A DNA stretch of 64,000 bases from Camelus ferus (lineage: Eukaryota). Positions 12,403-24,679 of this stretch are shown piece after piece (the first letter of the stretch is position 1; each line of letters begins with the position of its first letter). The DNA lies in assembly GCF_009834535.1 (NCBI RefSeq), contig NC_045697.1, positions 91,638,001-91,702,000 on the forward strand, in the 5' to 3' direction. Position numbers and translations under genes: made by a program. Under the pieces are notes generated by a model, which did no database searches, was not told the DNA's origin, and saw only the letters and a list, made by a program, of their open reading frames with translations.

Positions 12403-13974
12403 GAAAAAAATACTCAATAGACAGTTTAAACAATAAGTGGACTTTGATAACAATGACCATAAGAAAAATGTCTCAAAAATATGGAAATTGGCCAGTGCAA
12501 CAAACCTATCATTTTTATCATACAATGAGAAAGCAGAGTAGGAGGGAATAGTAATTTCATTCTAATGCTTCTGTAACTCAAAAGCCATTTTCCATTAAGA
12601 AAAGTTTTTAGGTATTCATAATATTCTTTCTCCCTGAAATTAATGAACTCTTTAATCCTTAAACTTTTCAATTTTCTCTGTTCTAGTTGATCTCTTTTGT
12701 GGTTATGATCCAGCAAACACCCAGAGTAAACATTTCTTCCAAAGTATTCTTTCTGCCGGCATACCACAGTGGAAAACAGTGCAAGCTGGTAGACAAAGCA
12801 TAACCCCACAGGAGCCAGAAGCTTTACTCGTTTTCTGGAGCAATTCACATAATCCTCTCCACTCCTTGAAACAATACCTACCTATAGCACTATATGCTCA
12901 GATAAACTGAATGGCTATCATTTAGGATTATTTCTCCCTCATAGATCCGAACTGAATCTTTTATATGTAAATAATGTGATTCAATCATTTTGTACAATCC
13001 TTATGTTTTTTGTATTGGGGCAAGCACAATGTTTTACACTGATTCATATTCACAAAAGTCTCAAGATTTAGGATTAGAAATAAAAAAAATCAGATGAAGA
13101 AACTATAGCTCCTCAAGGGAGGTGATAAGGATAAACAGAATTATGATTTTCAGTCCCTGTGGATACAAAGTGGAGATCAGGAGATCATATCTCTACAAAG
13201 TTCAAAGCAAATACACAGGAAGCAGTTGCTGAAAAACAGCAACTGAACTGAATTGAAAAACAGTTAAGATGGTGGTGTGAAAAGGACCCCATTTCAGAAA
13301 CACAGATAGGAACTTAAATAGCTAAAGCTATGCTGATGGACTTTGTGAAGAAGATGGAAATTGTCTAAAGTAACGGATTTTGGCTAAGAATTAATGTATG
13401 GTCATAAAAGATAACCTGCATATAACTGAATCATCTCCAAGTCAAGTAAATGTTGCCAGAAATTTCATTTTGATGGCAACTCAGATTATTCTCACATAGG
13501 GTGGGTATAGTTTTCTCTTGGTTTTCTTGTTTATTTTTTGGTCTCTGGCATTTCTTTCAGTTTTCTTTTCTGGCTTTGAATGGAAAAGGCAAAAGACCTG
13601 ATCTACCTTCAAAGAAAAAAATAGTAGTAATGAGCTCTGCAAAGAACTTGAATCTCTTATCCAAGTGAGGTCCTAACAAACTCAAAGACCCTGACTTGAC
13701 TGCTTTTCAGAATAGAATACATTAAAAAATAGGTCTCTAAAGAAAAACACAATTTTTGTGTCAGTTGTTTTATGATAATTAAACCCAATGGAATTAAGGC
13801 AAGTATGAGGAAGTTAAAGAATCTAGAAGATTGTTAAGTATTGGTGTGCTGAGGTCACTAACATGTGAGACAAAGGAGACACTGATCTGCCACATGATCC
13901 TGGAGGGAGGAAGAGAGAGCTTGGTCAGAGTTAGAAATATATTCAGGAGGTCAGTTACCTGGGCTGAAATAAAC

Positions 13975-14255
13975 TCATCTGACGTGATATTCTCATCTCT
14001 ATCTAGTGGGCATTACTGCTACACATAAAGTATCTTCCTCTCTCCCTTCCCCATCCTGGTGCTCACTCTCTGCATCCTGTTTCATTGTCTCCTCAGATCA
14101 CTAATCTCCATTCAGTAACTTCTACATTTATTTGCCTATTTGTTTACTGACTTTCTCTGCATACTAGGACGTAAGTTCAATGAGGGACATTGTCTTATCA
14201 TTGCTGTATCTCCTGAACTTGGTGGGTAGTGTTTATTGAATAAGTGAATCAATTA
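13975..14255 (+). mobile_element. L2 3' end
   Basis: 'ttatttgcctatttgtttactgactttctc...actaggacgtaagttcaatgagggac...tttattgaataagtgaatcaat'. Confidence 0.75.
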
Positions 14256-15589
14256 TATTTGGCTTAGTGAGATGTTTGGAATGTGGCTCAAATGTATCTT
14301 TTGAAAAGTAAATATGAATATCTTAGTAGCTAGTCTGCATAGACAGCTATAAGAATACTGAATGGAGGTTAAGCGATGCCTAAAGATAGTATTCAAATAT
14401 GAAAATTTAAGATTATTTTAGTGGAAAATATCAAAGTGAAATTGCAAATAGGCAGGGACATGGGATGTCACACATTTTAAGCTATATTAGGTGTAGAAAA
14501 TAACAAATGCTATTTCTAAACAAATAACTCCAATTATAAATTACATTGCAAGGTGCTTTACTTCTACACAGAGCCCATGGACTGTGAAGACCAAGACTAA
14601 GGAAGTACACCTGAGAAACGAAATTTATTTATCTGCGTTGACTCTATTTTTAGCAAAAAGAATCACTGTAATGGTTTGGTTACCTCATTCAGCTTGCTTT
14701 GGGTATACGAAATGAACATTTCAGAAATCTGTTTGAAAAGGAAAAAGAATATCCATTTTTGTTCTCTTAATCATAATGAATCAGGTCTAAGGTTATAATA
14801 AGAGTGCAAAATGGAACACAAGTAGCAATTTTTAAAATAGAAGTCATTCTCTAGAAAGTTAACTGTGAGTTCTGTCAAATTTAATAAAAGCAATTCTTCT
14901 TGATCGAACTATTTTGAGGTGTAGTTCAGAAGATGATTATCTAATTAAACTTGCCAGTTAAAATGTATGATAACTTTAAAACTGTACAGTTTTTCTGTGG
15001 GATGGAAAAATAAAATACAAAGCAATATCTTTGGAAATCTTCCCAGTAACAAATTGTAAATAGGTGAGAGGCAAGCTATAGCCCTAGGGAAATTTTTTAT
15101 TCTACTTTATAGACAGGTGAATGAAGCACTGAAATGTTAAACTACAAATCATTACTGAAGTCATAAGTACAATTTAACTGCTTTGATTTTCTAAGCAACT
15201 TCAGAAATATTTTGAAAGATTAATTTAATCCCTCCGTTATGTCTGATACCCTCCCCTGCCAGTTACATGGGGTAAGTTGGGATGGGTTAGTTACCAAGAG
15301 TCATGGAAACAGAATGGCACCAAAGAGAATAATACATTTCTGAGAAGATTCCTAGGGTTATGCCAGACAAATTATATCAGCTGACAGGAGGTACAAATGT
15401 GGGGGAAAAAGTGGGAGGCAAAGCAAGAGGTCAGGAGTCAGTGTCAATCTGGGAAGAAGTGTAAAGGAAGAGTAAGGTGATGGAGTCTTGGAGGTTGGTT
15501 GATAATAGGGCTAAAGTTCTTACAGCTTATTTTAAAAGATGCTGGTCTCATGGTGGATAGGTAGGTGGTAAGTTCAATATGGGTACAAA

Positions 15590-16135
15590 TTCTAGATATT
15601 GGATTTCAAGATGCTGTGATTGGATGAGACTTTTTGGAGTCTTGAGAGGGGGTGAATAAATTCTGCATGTGCAGGGAATGTAAATAATTGTGACCGGAAG
15701 ATACCTATAGAACAAATTCTTTTTTCCAGAAGTGGAGTACGTTTCATCATCCCTTGAATATGTTGGTCTTGTGCCTTTATTTGACTGACTTATGTGGCAG
15801 AAGTAATGCTGTGTGAGTTTCGAACCTTAGGATTCAAGAAGTCTTGCAGCTTTTATCCTCTCCCTGGGAATGCTGCCTGGAGTCTGCCATGTAAGGAAGC
15901 CTATCTAACATATTAGAAGATGAGAGGCCATGGGATGGAGAACCAGGGCATCCAATTTGATAGCCAGAACCCACTGACATCTGAATAGGACTATCTTGGA
16001 TCTTTTGTCTGCTGATCTTGTAGCTAAATACAGATGAATGAATGAGCCCAGACAAAACTAGGAGAAAATCTGTCCAGCCAGCCCCTAGATTCCTAAGAAA
16101 TTACAGATTGTTGCTGTTTTAAATCATAGTTAACT
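15590..16135 (+). mobile_element. MaLR internal 3' end plus MLT1G/H-like LTR
   Basis: 'gatgctgtgattggatgagactttttggagtcttgagagggggtgaat...gggaatgtaaataattgtg' (MLT1-int end), then 'tggcagaagtaatgctgtgtgagtttc...gccatgtaaggaagcc...ttgctgttttaa'. Confidence 0.8.
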
Positions 16136-16159
16136 TAAACAAATGGGTCACATTGAGGT

Positions 16160-16285
16160 TGTTCATTCTGTTGTTTATTTGTTCATCCATCCATCTATCC
16201 ACTCCACATTTCTTGAATGTCTACAGTGTACAAGATTCTGGGGACACAAAAGATTCAGATAGACATAATACCTCTTTTCCTCTAA
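16160..16285 (-). mobile_element. L2 3' end
   Basis: 'tttatttgttcatccatccatctatccactccacatttcttgaatgtctacagtgt'. Confidence 0.65.
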
Positions 16286-16299
16286 TCTCATCTTCCTGA

Positions 16300-17815
16300 A
16301 AAAAGAAAATAATATTAATTTAATGATATTCTTCCATATTTTTAATATGTGTGTGCATATACACATGGATATATATATATACACATATGTGAATATACAT
16401 ATTTATAGAGGTTTTTATATCATAATAAGATCATATTATACATATTGCCCTACAACTTGCACTTTTTTCACTTAATTACATATGTTAGATTTTTCAGGTC
16501 AGTATAAAACTCTCCTCTTTAATAACTGCAGAATCATCTATCATGTGGACGTACCTTAATATACTTAATAATTACTTTATTGATAGCCATTCAGATTGTC
16601 TCCAGTTACTTTATTGTTACCAACAAAGCTGCAGTAAACACTCTCCTACATACACCCTTCTATGTTTGTGATTTTGTTTTCCATACGATGAATTTCTACA
16701 AGTAAAATTACAGAGTCAAAGGCCATGCACATTTAATATTTTAACAGAAACTGTCAGATACTTTCCAAAAAGAAGAAATTCAAACATCATCAGTTCATGA
16801 GGGGGAGGGGTATAGCTCAGCACCTAAGAGGTCCAGGGTTCAATCCCCAGTACCTCCTCCAAGCAGAAATCAATGAATACAGCTAATTACTTCCCCCTCG
16901 TAAAACAAACAATACAAGCAATCAGTTCATGAGATTGCCTGGGCTCCACATCCTCATTAGCTCTGGAAATATCAGTCTTAAATGTTTGCAGTGATAATGG
17001 TTGAAAAATTATATATGGTCATTTTACTTTGCATTTTTCTTGTTATTTTCAGGTTGAGCATTTGTGTCTTTGTGAATTGCGTTTCTTCTTCTTTAAACTG
17101 TCTTTGTATTTTCTTTGCCCACTCTGGCAAGATTTATTGTTATGCTTATTGATTAGTAGAAGCATTTTGTATCATAGGAATGTAACTATTTGTTAGTCAT
17201 GAGTTTTGTACATATTATCTTTTAGAATATAGTTTTTTTCTTGACTTTGTTTATGGTGTTTTATATCAAGCTGATTTTTTTGTTTTACCATTAAAAAATT
17301 AATTATCTCCTTTATTGCTTAAGAATTTTCCCACTTTGAGGTTTTATAGATAATCTCCTATTTAGAAAAATTTTTAATTGTTTTATTTTTAGGTTTAGAT
17401 TATTATCCTATGTAAAATTTATTTTTATATGAAGTGAAGATCTGCCTTTATTTTCTTCCATTTGTATATACAATTGTCCAAACATCCTCTTTCCCCACAT
17501 ACTGAAATACTTCTTTTAGCATATATTAAGTTATTATATATGCTTGGATTTGTTTTGGATTTTCTGATCTGTTTCATTTATCTATTTGGCTATTTCCATG
17601 CCAGTATTATACCAATCTAATTAGTGTAGTTTCATAATATAAATGTCTTGTAAGTACAGTTTCACTGTCCCACTCTCAAATAGCTTGGCAACAGTCGCAT
17701 ATTGGTTCTTTTACATGATCTTTTAAGTATTTTCCCAGTTCTTTAAGAAATTCATTGATAATTGCATTGAATTTGTGTAATTACTGGGGAAAATTTCCAT
17801 TATTATAGTATAGTT
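16300..17815 (-). mobile_element. Old L1 (L1MC/ME-like) 3' region, interrupted by a SINE
   Basis: Antisense L1 3'UTR/ORF2 phrases throughout, e.g. 'tattgatagccattcagattgtctccag', 'ggttgagcattt', 'ttcattgataattgcattgaatttgtg'. Confidence 0.8.
16802..16920 (+). mobile_element. tRNA-Ala-derived SINE (camelid vic-1-like), internally deleted
   Basis: 'ggggaggggtatagctcag...ggttcaatccccagtacctcc' with an A-rich tail. Perfect 13-bp TSD atcagttcatgag at 16789-16801 and 16921-16933. Confidence 0.92.
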
Positions 17816-18304
17816 TTGTCTTTCTCTTCCTTCCCTCAGCCTTGGGAGGATAAGTTTTTCCTTTAAATATCCCTCAGAGATGAGTTCTCCTAAACCTAAA
17901 ATGTAATTTCCACAGAAAATTTTGATGCTTCAACATTTAACTGACAGAGTATTCTTAATTTTATGTAATTGAATTCTTAAGGCAAAACGTAACAATAAAG
18001 ATAAAGGAATAAAACAATGTGAATGATGCAGAAAATCATCAGTAATATAACTGACAATGAGCACTTGGAGGAAAGAATGGAAGGCATCACAGACCAACCA
18101 CATCACTGCAGAGGTGGCAGCATGTTGGTGCTCACCTCCAGGCACTTGACTGCTGCTGAGGACAGAATCTAAGTGAGTTCGTTTATTTGCAAAGCTGCAA
18201 TTGCAGCAAGATTGAAAACTCACCTCACTAGCTGAAATAGGGTGTAAGATGAAGTAACTCACAAAGTCACATTCTTGTAGCTTGGATAAGGCTTTCCAAG
18301 AACG

Positions 18305-18405
18305 TGGTAGACTATAAGCCTTTTCAGCTCTTGTTTTGTATCCTCACCCAACACCTGATACAATGCTTCTACACTGTAGGTTAGTAAATAAATGTTTAGT
18401 AACAT
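18305..18405 (+). mobile_element. L2 3' end
   Basis: 'tagactataagcc...tttgtatcctcacccaacacctgatacaatgc...aataaatgtttagt'. Confidence 0.65.
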
Positions 18406-18889
18406 CGTGAATTGATTCATCCAGAGAAAGAAGGTAAATGAATTAACTTCTGGAAAACTGGCAGACTTTTTTTTTTTTTTTTTTTTTCTTCTACTGTTTT
18501 TCTTGCACCAGCCATACTGTAGGAGACAACGTTCCTGAACCCACGTTGGCACTGTCAGCTGTCCTCCAAACTTCCCATTAAGATCTATTATAACCCCTAT
18601 TTTTGGAAGGTTGATCTACTTTGTATAAGAGGTTTTGTTTAATACATTTTTGTGATTGCATCTGAGTTCTATTTGGCATGCTATCCTCAGCAGGACTTTC
18701 TGTTATCTAAGTAAACATTTGTACAGAAACAACTTCAGGATTTGGGCAGCCCAGTGTGAAGTGTCCATCTAAGGTATGAGCAAATTCGAGAGGTTAGGGG
18801 GTTCAAAGTAGGTGTTCATTATAATTTTAATGACCTTGAGAGGTCTCACCCAAGCAGGGAAAGTTCTGACTGGAAGTCAGAATAAAATA

Positions 18890-19170
18890 CAGAGAGAAAA
18901 GTCCTCTTGTCAAAAACGAACAGTTAGGGAGTACACAAATACACCAGCAATTTTAATTCCATGTGAAAAAAGTCACTGAAAAGTAAGCTTTGAGTGCCAT
19001 AAACACATAAAGAAGGTCATCCAGCTAATCATGTTGTGAATCAAGACAGAATCTGGAGAATCAACTACAGGTTTTGTGATCAGAGATGAGGTTCAAATAA
19101 GTAAAAGGAACAGTTGGGAAACAGATTTCTGGATGATTTAAAGAGAAAATATATTCTAAAGGACTGCAGA
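18890..19170 (-). mobile_element. Diverged L2 fragment
   Basis: Purine-rich antisense L2-like text; weak match. Confidence 0.4.
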
Positions 19171-19769
19171 TATTTAGACCTTCAAAGATTATTTAGTGGA
19201 GACTGCTTGTTCCTACCTCTTTTTCTGCTTTGTCTGTACATATTTCCCTTAAGAGATTCCAGCTGACTCTTTCTAACTATCTTAGAAGAAAAGATGCAAT
19301 TTGCTCCAAGGGCTGGGGGAAAGAGGGGCAGTGAGCTCAGAGAGTGGGTCTGGAAGGACTTGGTTATGACCTGTCAGCCTTACTGTTGATCCGGCCAGAG
19401 ATGCTATCTACGGTGCTACCTGCTAGAGTCCAGTCGTTATATAGGTAACCCTCTGAACACATGGTGCCCTGTTCTGATAAAGCATTTTGCTTTCTCCACT
19501 AGGCTGAACCTTCCTATGCCTGGGCTAGTTCCCTTAGGTCTGTCCTAGTGGAAGAACGGGTTACTGCCAGGTTCCTTTTGCTCTAACCAGTCCATCTTGA
19601 GAAATAATACTTTTATTCCACTTTGGACCTTTTCTCTCTTACAATACCATCAGTTTAAATATGTATATCAGTCTATTTTGGTATATGTTTATATTTGTGG
19701 CACAATTTTGAGAGTCTGAGAAGTTTGGGGAAATGTCACTTTCAAATCAGAAAACATAAGAACTAACTT

Positions 19770-19875
19770 TGTACTGCTCTTTTACATTTATAAGCACTTT
19801 ATATATACATTATCTTATTTAATCTTCCTGACAAGTCCATGAAATTTTTGGTTAAAGGAAAAGCATTGACTAGTA
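19770..19875 (-). mobile_element. MIR fragment
   Basis: 'aagcactttatatatacattatcttatttaatcttcctgacaagtccatga'. Confidence 0.7.
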
Positions 19876-21209
19876 TTATAGCATACAGAAGGGAAAAGTA
19901 GCCAGAATGGAAAGTATAATTAGTGAAAAATTATTTTCCGGGTTGAATATCACTTTTTTTTTGCCATTAGTTTTTGAGGTTCTAGGGTATATGGGAAATT
20001 TTGCCATCTTGTGGAAATATGTTACAAATCCTGAAAACTGGCACATGCATTCATTGGGTGTATAGTTTGGAGTGCACCATGTATATTTTATAGACACATT
20101 TCTCATAGTTCAGATGTGCAGAAGTGTTGGTAAACAGGTTGTTATGCAACCGATTTACTAGAAAGTTTGTTTCTCTTATGCCTACTAAAATCAGCAGTAA
20201 GACATCAGTTTTCTTTCTGTAATAAATAGGACAGCTAGCATATTAGAATTACGGGACTTTGCCTCTTCTTGTGCTTAATGGGATGGAGGCTAATTATCAA
20301 ACTAGGACAAGGACTGGCCCCTTCTTTCATTCAACATGGGTCCATTTATGGAAGCCTGTGCAGTTGGCAGAGTTGCTGGGAGAGCTGTTTTCTGGGCAGA
20401 TGACAGCCAAGAGTCTGATTACATTTTAGAATAATTTTTATAGTTAAAGAAACTGCCTTGTCCATTCTTTTGATTTGGTCTAAAAAATAGACATTTCGAC
20501 AGATTTGGACAGAAAAAATAGTATGGACCTTATGAATTGCTCGTTTTCCTAGTATGTTCAGGTGGTGTAGACTATTTTGGTTATAAAGTAAATCTGACTT
20601 TGATGTTTATGGCAAACCGAGCTTGTATAGTTTTCAAATTTATGAGCCATCAGTCTTTTATTCTTCAAAAAAGTTTTGAAGTCTTCTGGTAAAACCTAAT
20701 TGGTCTCCCTTTTGGGTATTCTCTAATTCATTTGTATGGTGGAGTCCTTGCCTCCCATTTGTCTATTACTTATTATATATTATATGTGCTGTAATGGCTT
20801 CTCTTACCTAATTTTCTCACTGATTTGTTTTCTGAGTCAAAGCCTCTGTTGTGTAGAGGGGATCTTTAATTGGCTGACTCATTCTCTGTGTTGATTTTTT
20901 TCTAATGGTAGTTTATTTTTTAGCCATTTTTCTTTTCAAGTAAATTGAGTCAGTTATTAGACATTTTTCAATATTTTTTAAAAAGGGATTAGAAAAATTA
21001 TTAGTATTAACTTGTACTATTCTCACATTTATTTTCACATTAACAGTGGTTTAGTTTCCATAGAGAAGTCGGCTTGTGGGCTCTTTCTTTCCTCTGAAGT
21101 TGCAGCAATTTGCTTCAAAGTGGTGACAGTTGTCCCAAGGATTAGAAATGTTATTTTAGAAGACTTATAAACCTTTAAATGAATAACTTCTAGTGACATT
21201 TATTATTAT

Positions 21210-21350
21210 ATTCAGTTCAGTTCAACAAACACTTAAGGATGATCTATTGATGATCTATTGTGCCATACATTTTTCTAGGAACTAAGATTATAATGAGACA
21301 TTGTCCCTGTTGTGAAACATACTACCATCCAGGAGGGGAAAAGATGATAT
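21210..21350 (-). mobile_element. L2 3' end
   Basis: 'ttcagttcagttcaacaaacactta...tattgtgcca...gacattgtccctg'. Confidence 0.7.
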
Positions 21351-23637
21351 AAATTCTGCTCTTGAGCATGGACTACCTAGACTTTACACGTATGCAAGAG
21401 GTCTACTCTTTTCTATTGGGCATTTAGGGTATACCTTTTACTGGAATATCTAAGGATTAGTGTAGGATCTTTTGTTAAAAGATGAGAAGCTTGGTCAGAT
21501 ATCCATTACTTTATCTTAAGTGTAGATATGTATTGTTCACATATCAGATATTATCTACAGAAAACAGAATTGTGCAATTATTATATTGCATACTTTTGAC
21601 CAAACATAAATAATCAAGGTCAGAGCAGGCACTCTTTCTTTCCCAAGTTAGTCAGTCACATCCTTAGTGTTCGCTACATGGACATTGTGGACAGAGTCTG
21701 TGCCTTGTTATACATGACATTGAACCTTAGCGCACTTGCTGCCTGTTCATGACTGAGAAGTACCCTGAGCTTTCCCTAAGGGTTATAAGAATTGTTTTCC
21801 TTTTTTTAACATGCCAGTCAAGGAGACCTGTCTGGCAGTAACCACCCTACAGGCAGAAATTTATAGAATTTAAAATCCTCAGCACTGCTCCCAACATCTC
21901 CCCGATTTAGAAGTTTTTCTAGGAAAACTACAAATTCCTGCCTTCAGCTTTTTTTTTTTATCACCCTCTTTTACGATCACTAGCAAATGGAATTTCAGTG
22001 TGCGCTGTACCCTTTAGAGAACTTATTCACTAAAAAAGGATTTGAATCTATAGTAATTCAATATATTCAATTTAGACCAATTTGCCATTAATTTCTTGGT
22101 CTGTTATAGTAATAAAGATATTCATGATAAACTATTTTTCTATTATCTTTAACACTGTGGGCATTAGACATACTATTTTAATGAGATTTCTTCTGACTTT
22201 GGCATTTTGCTAATGAAACAATTTAAAGGGTGACTCTTATTTATAGTCAATGCATATTGTATCACTGATCTAATAATCATTGATAACAGCAAATATTTTG
22301 AATTTCCGAAGATTTTTCTGTTAAAGATACTTTCAAATATAGACAATCACTTTGGAAAATCCCAAGACCTTTTTTGAGGGCTGTAACAACCCGCAAGGGT
22401 TTGGGCTGTTCTTGTCATCACAGTTTCCTGGAGATGGCAGCAAAGTACACAGAAGCGAGGGGACCAACCATAACACACTAACAAGTGGCGAGATTAATGG
22501 TGCTGTGCAGTTCTGGGGATGCCTGACAGAATGCATCGGCCTCTTCTGCTCTCAAGTGACAGGGCAGGTAAACAGAGAGCTGATGTATGTATTAATTTGA
22601 TTTTTGATTATGTTGGATAACTTCCAAAAAAATCCTGTACAAACTGCTGGTTTTATTTTATTCCTCACCTATAGTCAAGTCCACAGCTCTCCTGTCTCCC
22701 TGCTTGTTGGCTGCCCTTGTTTCTTTCATGGTAAAAGTATTGAGAGATCTCCATAAGAAACATTTTTCAAAGCCTTTATTTTATGTACCAATCTACAGCA
22801 TTTGTTATCCTTACTTCATTTTCATATAGCTATTTCTAATCTTGTAGCACATTGCATTTCAATCCCTCTGGGTTGTCAGATTTTCAGAATCTATAATGGG
22901 ATGATTAACTGGCAAGGCGATGCACAGGCTAATAACAGATTGCAAAGGACATCATATTAGACATTGTAAAAGCCCTCTTTATTCCAAAGTATACATCCAA
23001 TAATGCCCCAGCAGACATGAGTAATGAGCATTGTACCCAGAATAACAGGGACCCTATCCTTTTGGAATTTGTGCAGAAATGTTATTAAAATGAAAAAGAG
23101 AGGACTTCTTTCTACTGAATTGCAACTGTTGGTTTCAATGCTAAGCTTGTTTGTCAAAGTGCTGTTGCCTGGAATCAGTGAAAGTTTATATAAAACCAAA
23201 ATATTTCACAACTTGGTTGTTTTGGAGGAAGCTCAATGAAGGGTTTTTTAGTTTCAAGATCTAGTCCTTTTCAGCTAAAGTGAATATCTATTTTTTGAGA
23301 GTATTTTTGAAGTAAATTTTACTTATGAGAAAAAAAAGTGCACCCTTGATGAGTAAAGATTTCTAATATCAAATCTTGAACATAAAGTTAAAAAAATAGA
23401 AGGATAAGTACTTTCTCAGATAGTAGGGAAGTGAAGTGAATTGACCAAATTGTTAGTTTTGGTCAGAGTGTTTAATTAGTGTAATACATTTTGGTGCAGT
23501 GAGAACCCGATTTTTAGCTGGAAATATAGCAGAAGCATTATTCTGTACTTATATGGTAGAGAAAGTTCTGAAGCACTCATTTACATTTAAACAATTAATG
23601 GGCTAAATACAAATCATTTCCATCTATTCACTTGAAA

Positions 23638-23815
23638 GAGGCAACTTGGGATAAGGTAAAGGAGCACTAAAATGAAGTCCAGGAGGCTTGACTTCAAATT
23701 TGGGTGCTGTGGTTTCTCTGCAGTCATTTAACCCAAAGATACTTTTTTGTTGGGTGAGGGCTAGTCTACACCTGAACTTTCCTGAACTTCATGTTTCTTC
23801 ATATTGTAATGAAGC
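23638..23815 (+). mobile_element. Diverged MIR
   Basis: 'ggtaaaggagcactaaaatgaagtccaggaggcttgacttcaaat' plus a degenerate core. Confidence 0.5.
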
Positions 23816-24229
23816 AAATTCACAGACTGGAAAAGACATATAAATCTAAACATAGGATGGGCGAAGAGAAACACATATTTAAGGGTGTGTATAGTCATAG
23901 TATGATGATGAGTTATTAAAAACAAAAAACATTAACTAGTAGCAGTATCTACTTTCCCCATTCTTACTGTATGGAAAAAAAATCTCAAGAAAGAACTTTT
24001 GAAAGGTCCAAGTTTCCCTTCTCTCACTCTAGAGATATTTTTGCTTCAGAATCTTTGAGAAGGAAGTAGGTAGGAAAGTGCATAATGGAATGGGAAAAGT
24101 GGCCAAGTTTAAAGGTGACAGGGGTGGGGAATGTTGAAAGTCCCTGAGATTAAGAGCAGGGTTGGGAGTTTGTGACTACACTTGTGGTTGGGTGGGGGCT
24201 GCTACAGATTCTTGCAATAGTAACAATGG

Positions 24230-24460
24230 GAATGCTGGCTCTTTATTGCACAATAGCCAAGTACTACTCTACAGACAGTAGGGTGTTTTATGATTGTTAA
24301 CAAATTTAATGCTCACAACACTCATTTGTAGTAGATTCTGTACTACTGTGTTCTAATAATTTTATAGATATTAGGCACAAACAAGTTAAATAACTTGCTC
24401 AAGTCAAAAAGTAAGTAGATTTGAATATGGTGATCTGAGCCTGTGTTCTTAATGACTGGA
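24230..24460 (-). mobile_element. MIR
   Basis: 'atttaatgctcacaacactc...gttaaataacttgctcaagtca...gcctgtgttcttaa'. Confidence 0.7.
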
Positions 24461-24679
24461 CACTTGCACTGTGGCCTGAAGGTCATCCGTGTGTCTCTGT
24501 GGACAAGTATGTGAACAGTGGCTCGAATACCAGTTCTTGACAGCAACATGAAGGTGAAGAAGAAGCAACTGCAATGTTGGAATCATCATGGATGAAGGAC
24601 CAGGTCCCTCTTGGTTTCTGTTATAATGTAAGTCCTATAATCCAAATATCCAACAGAAAGGAAAATAACACTGATAATG

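Noticed and set aside
12426..12848. 140-aa minus-strand ORF
   Set aside because: Non-ATG start, composition typical of AT-rich non-coding DNA, no recognisable domain.
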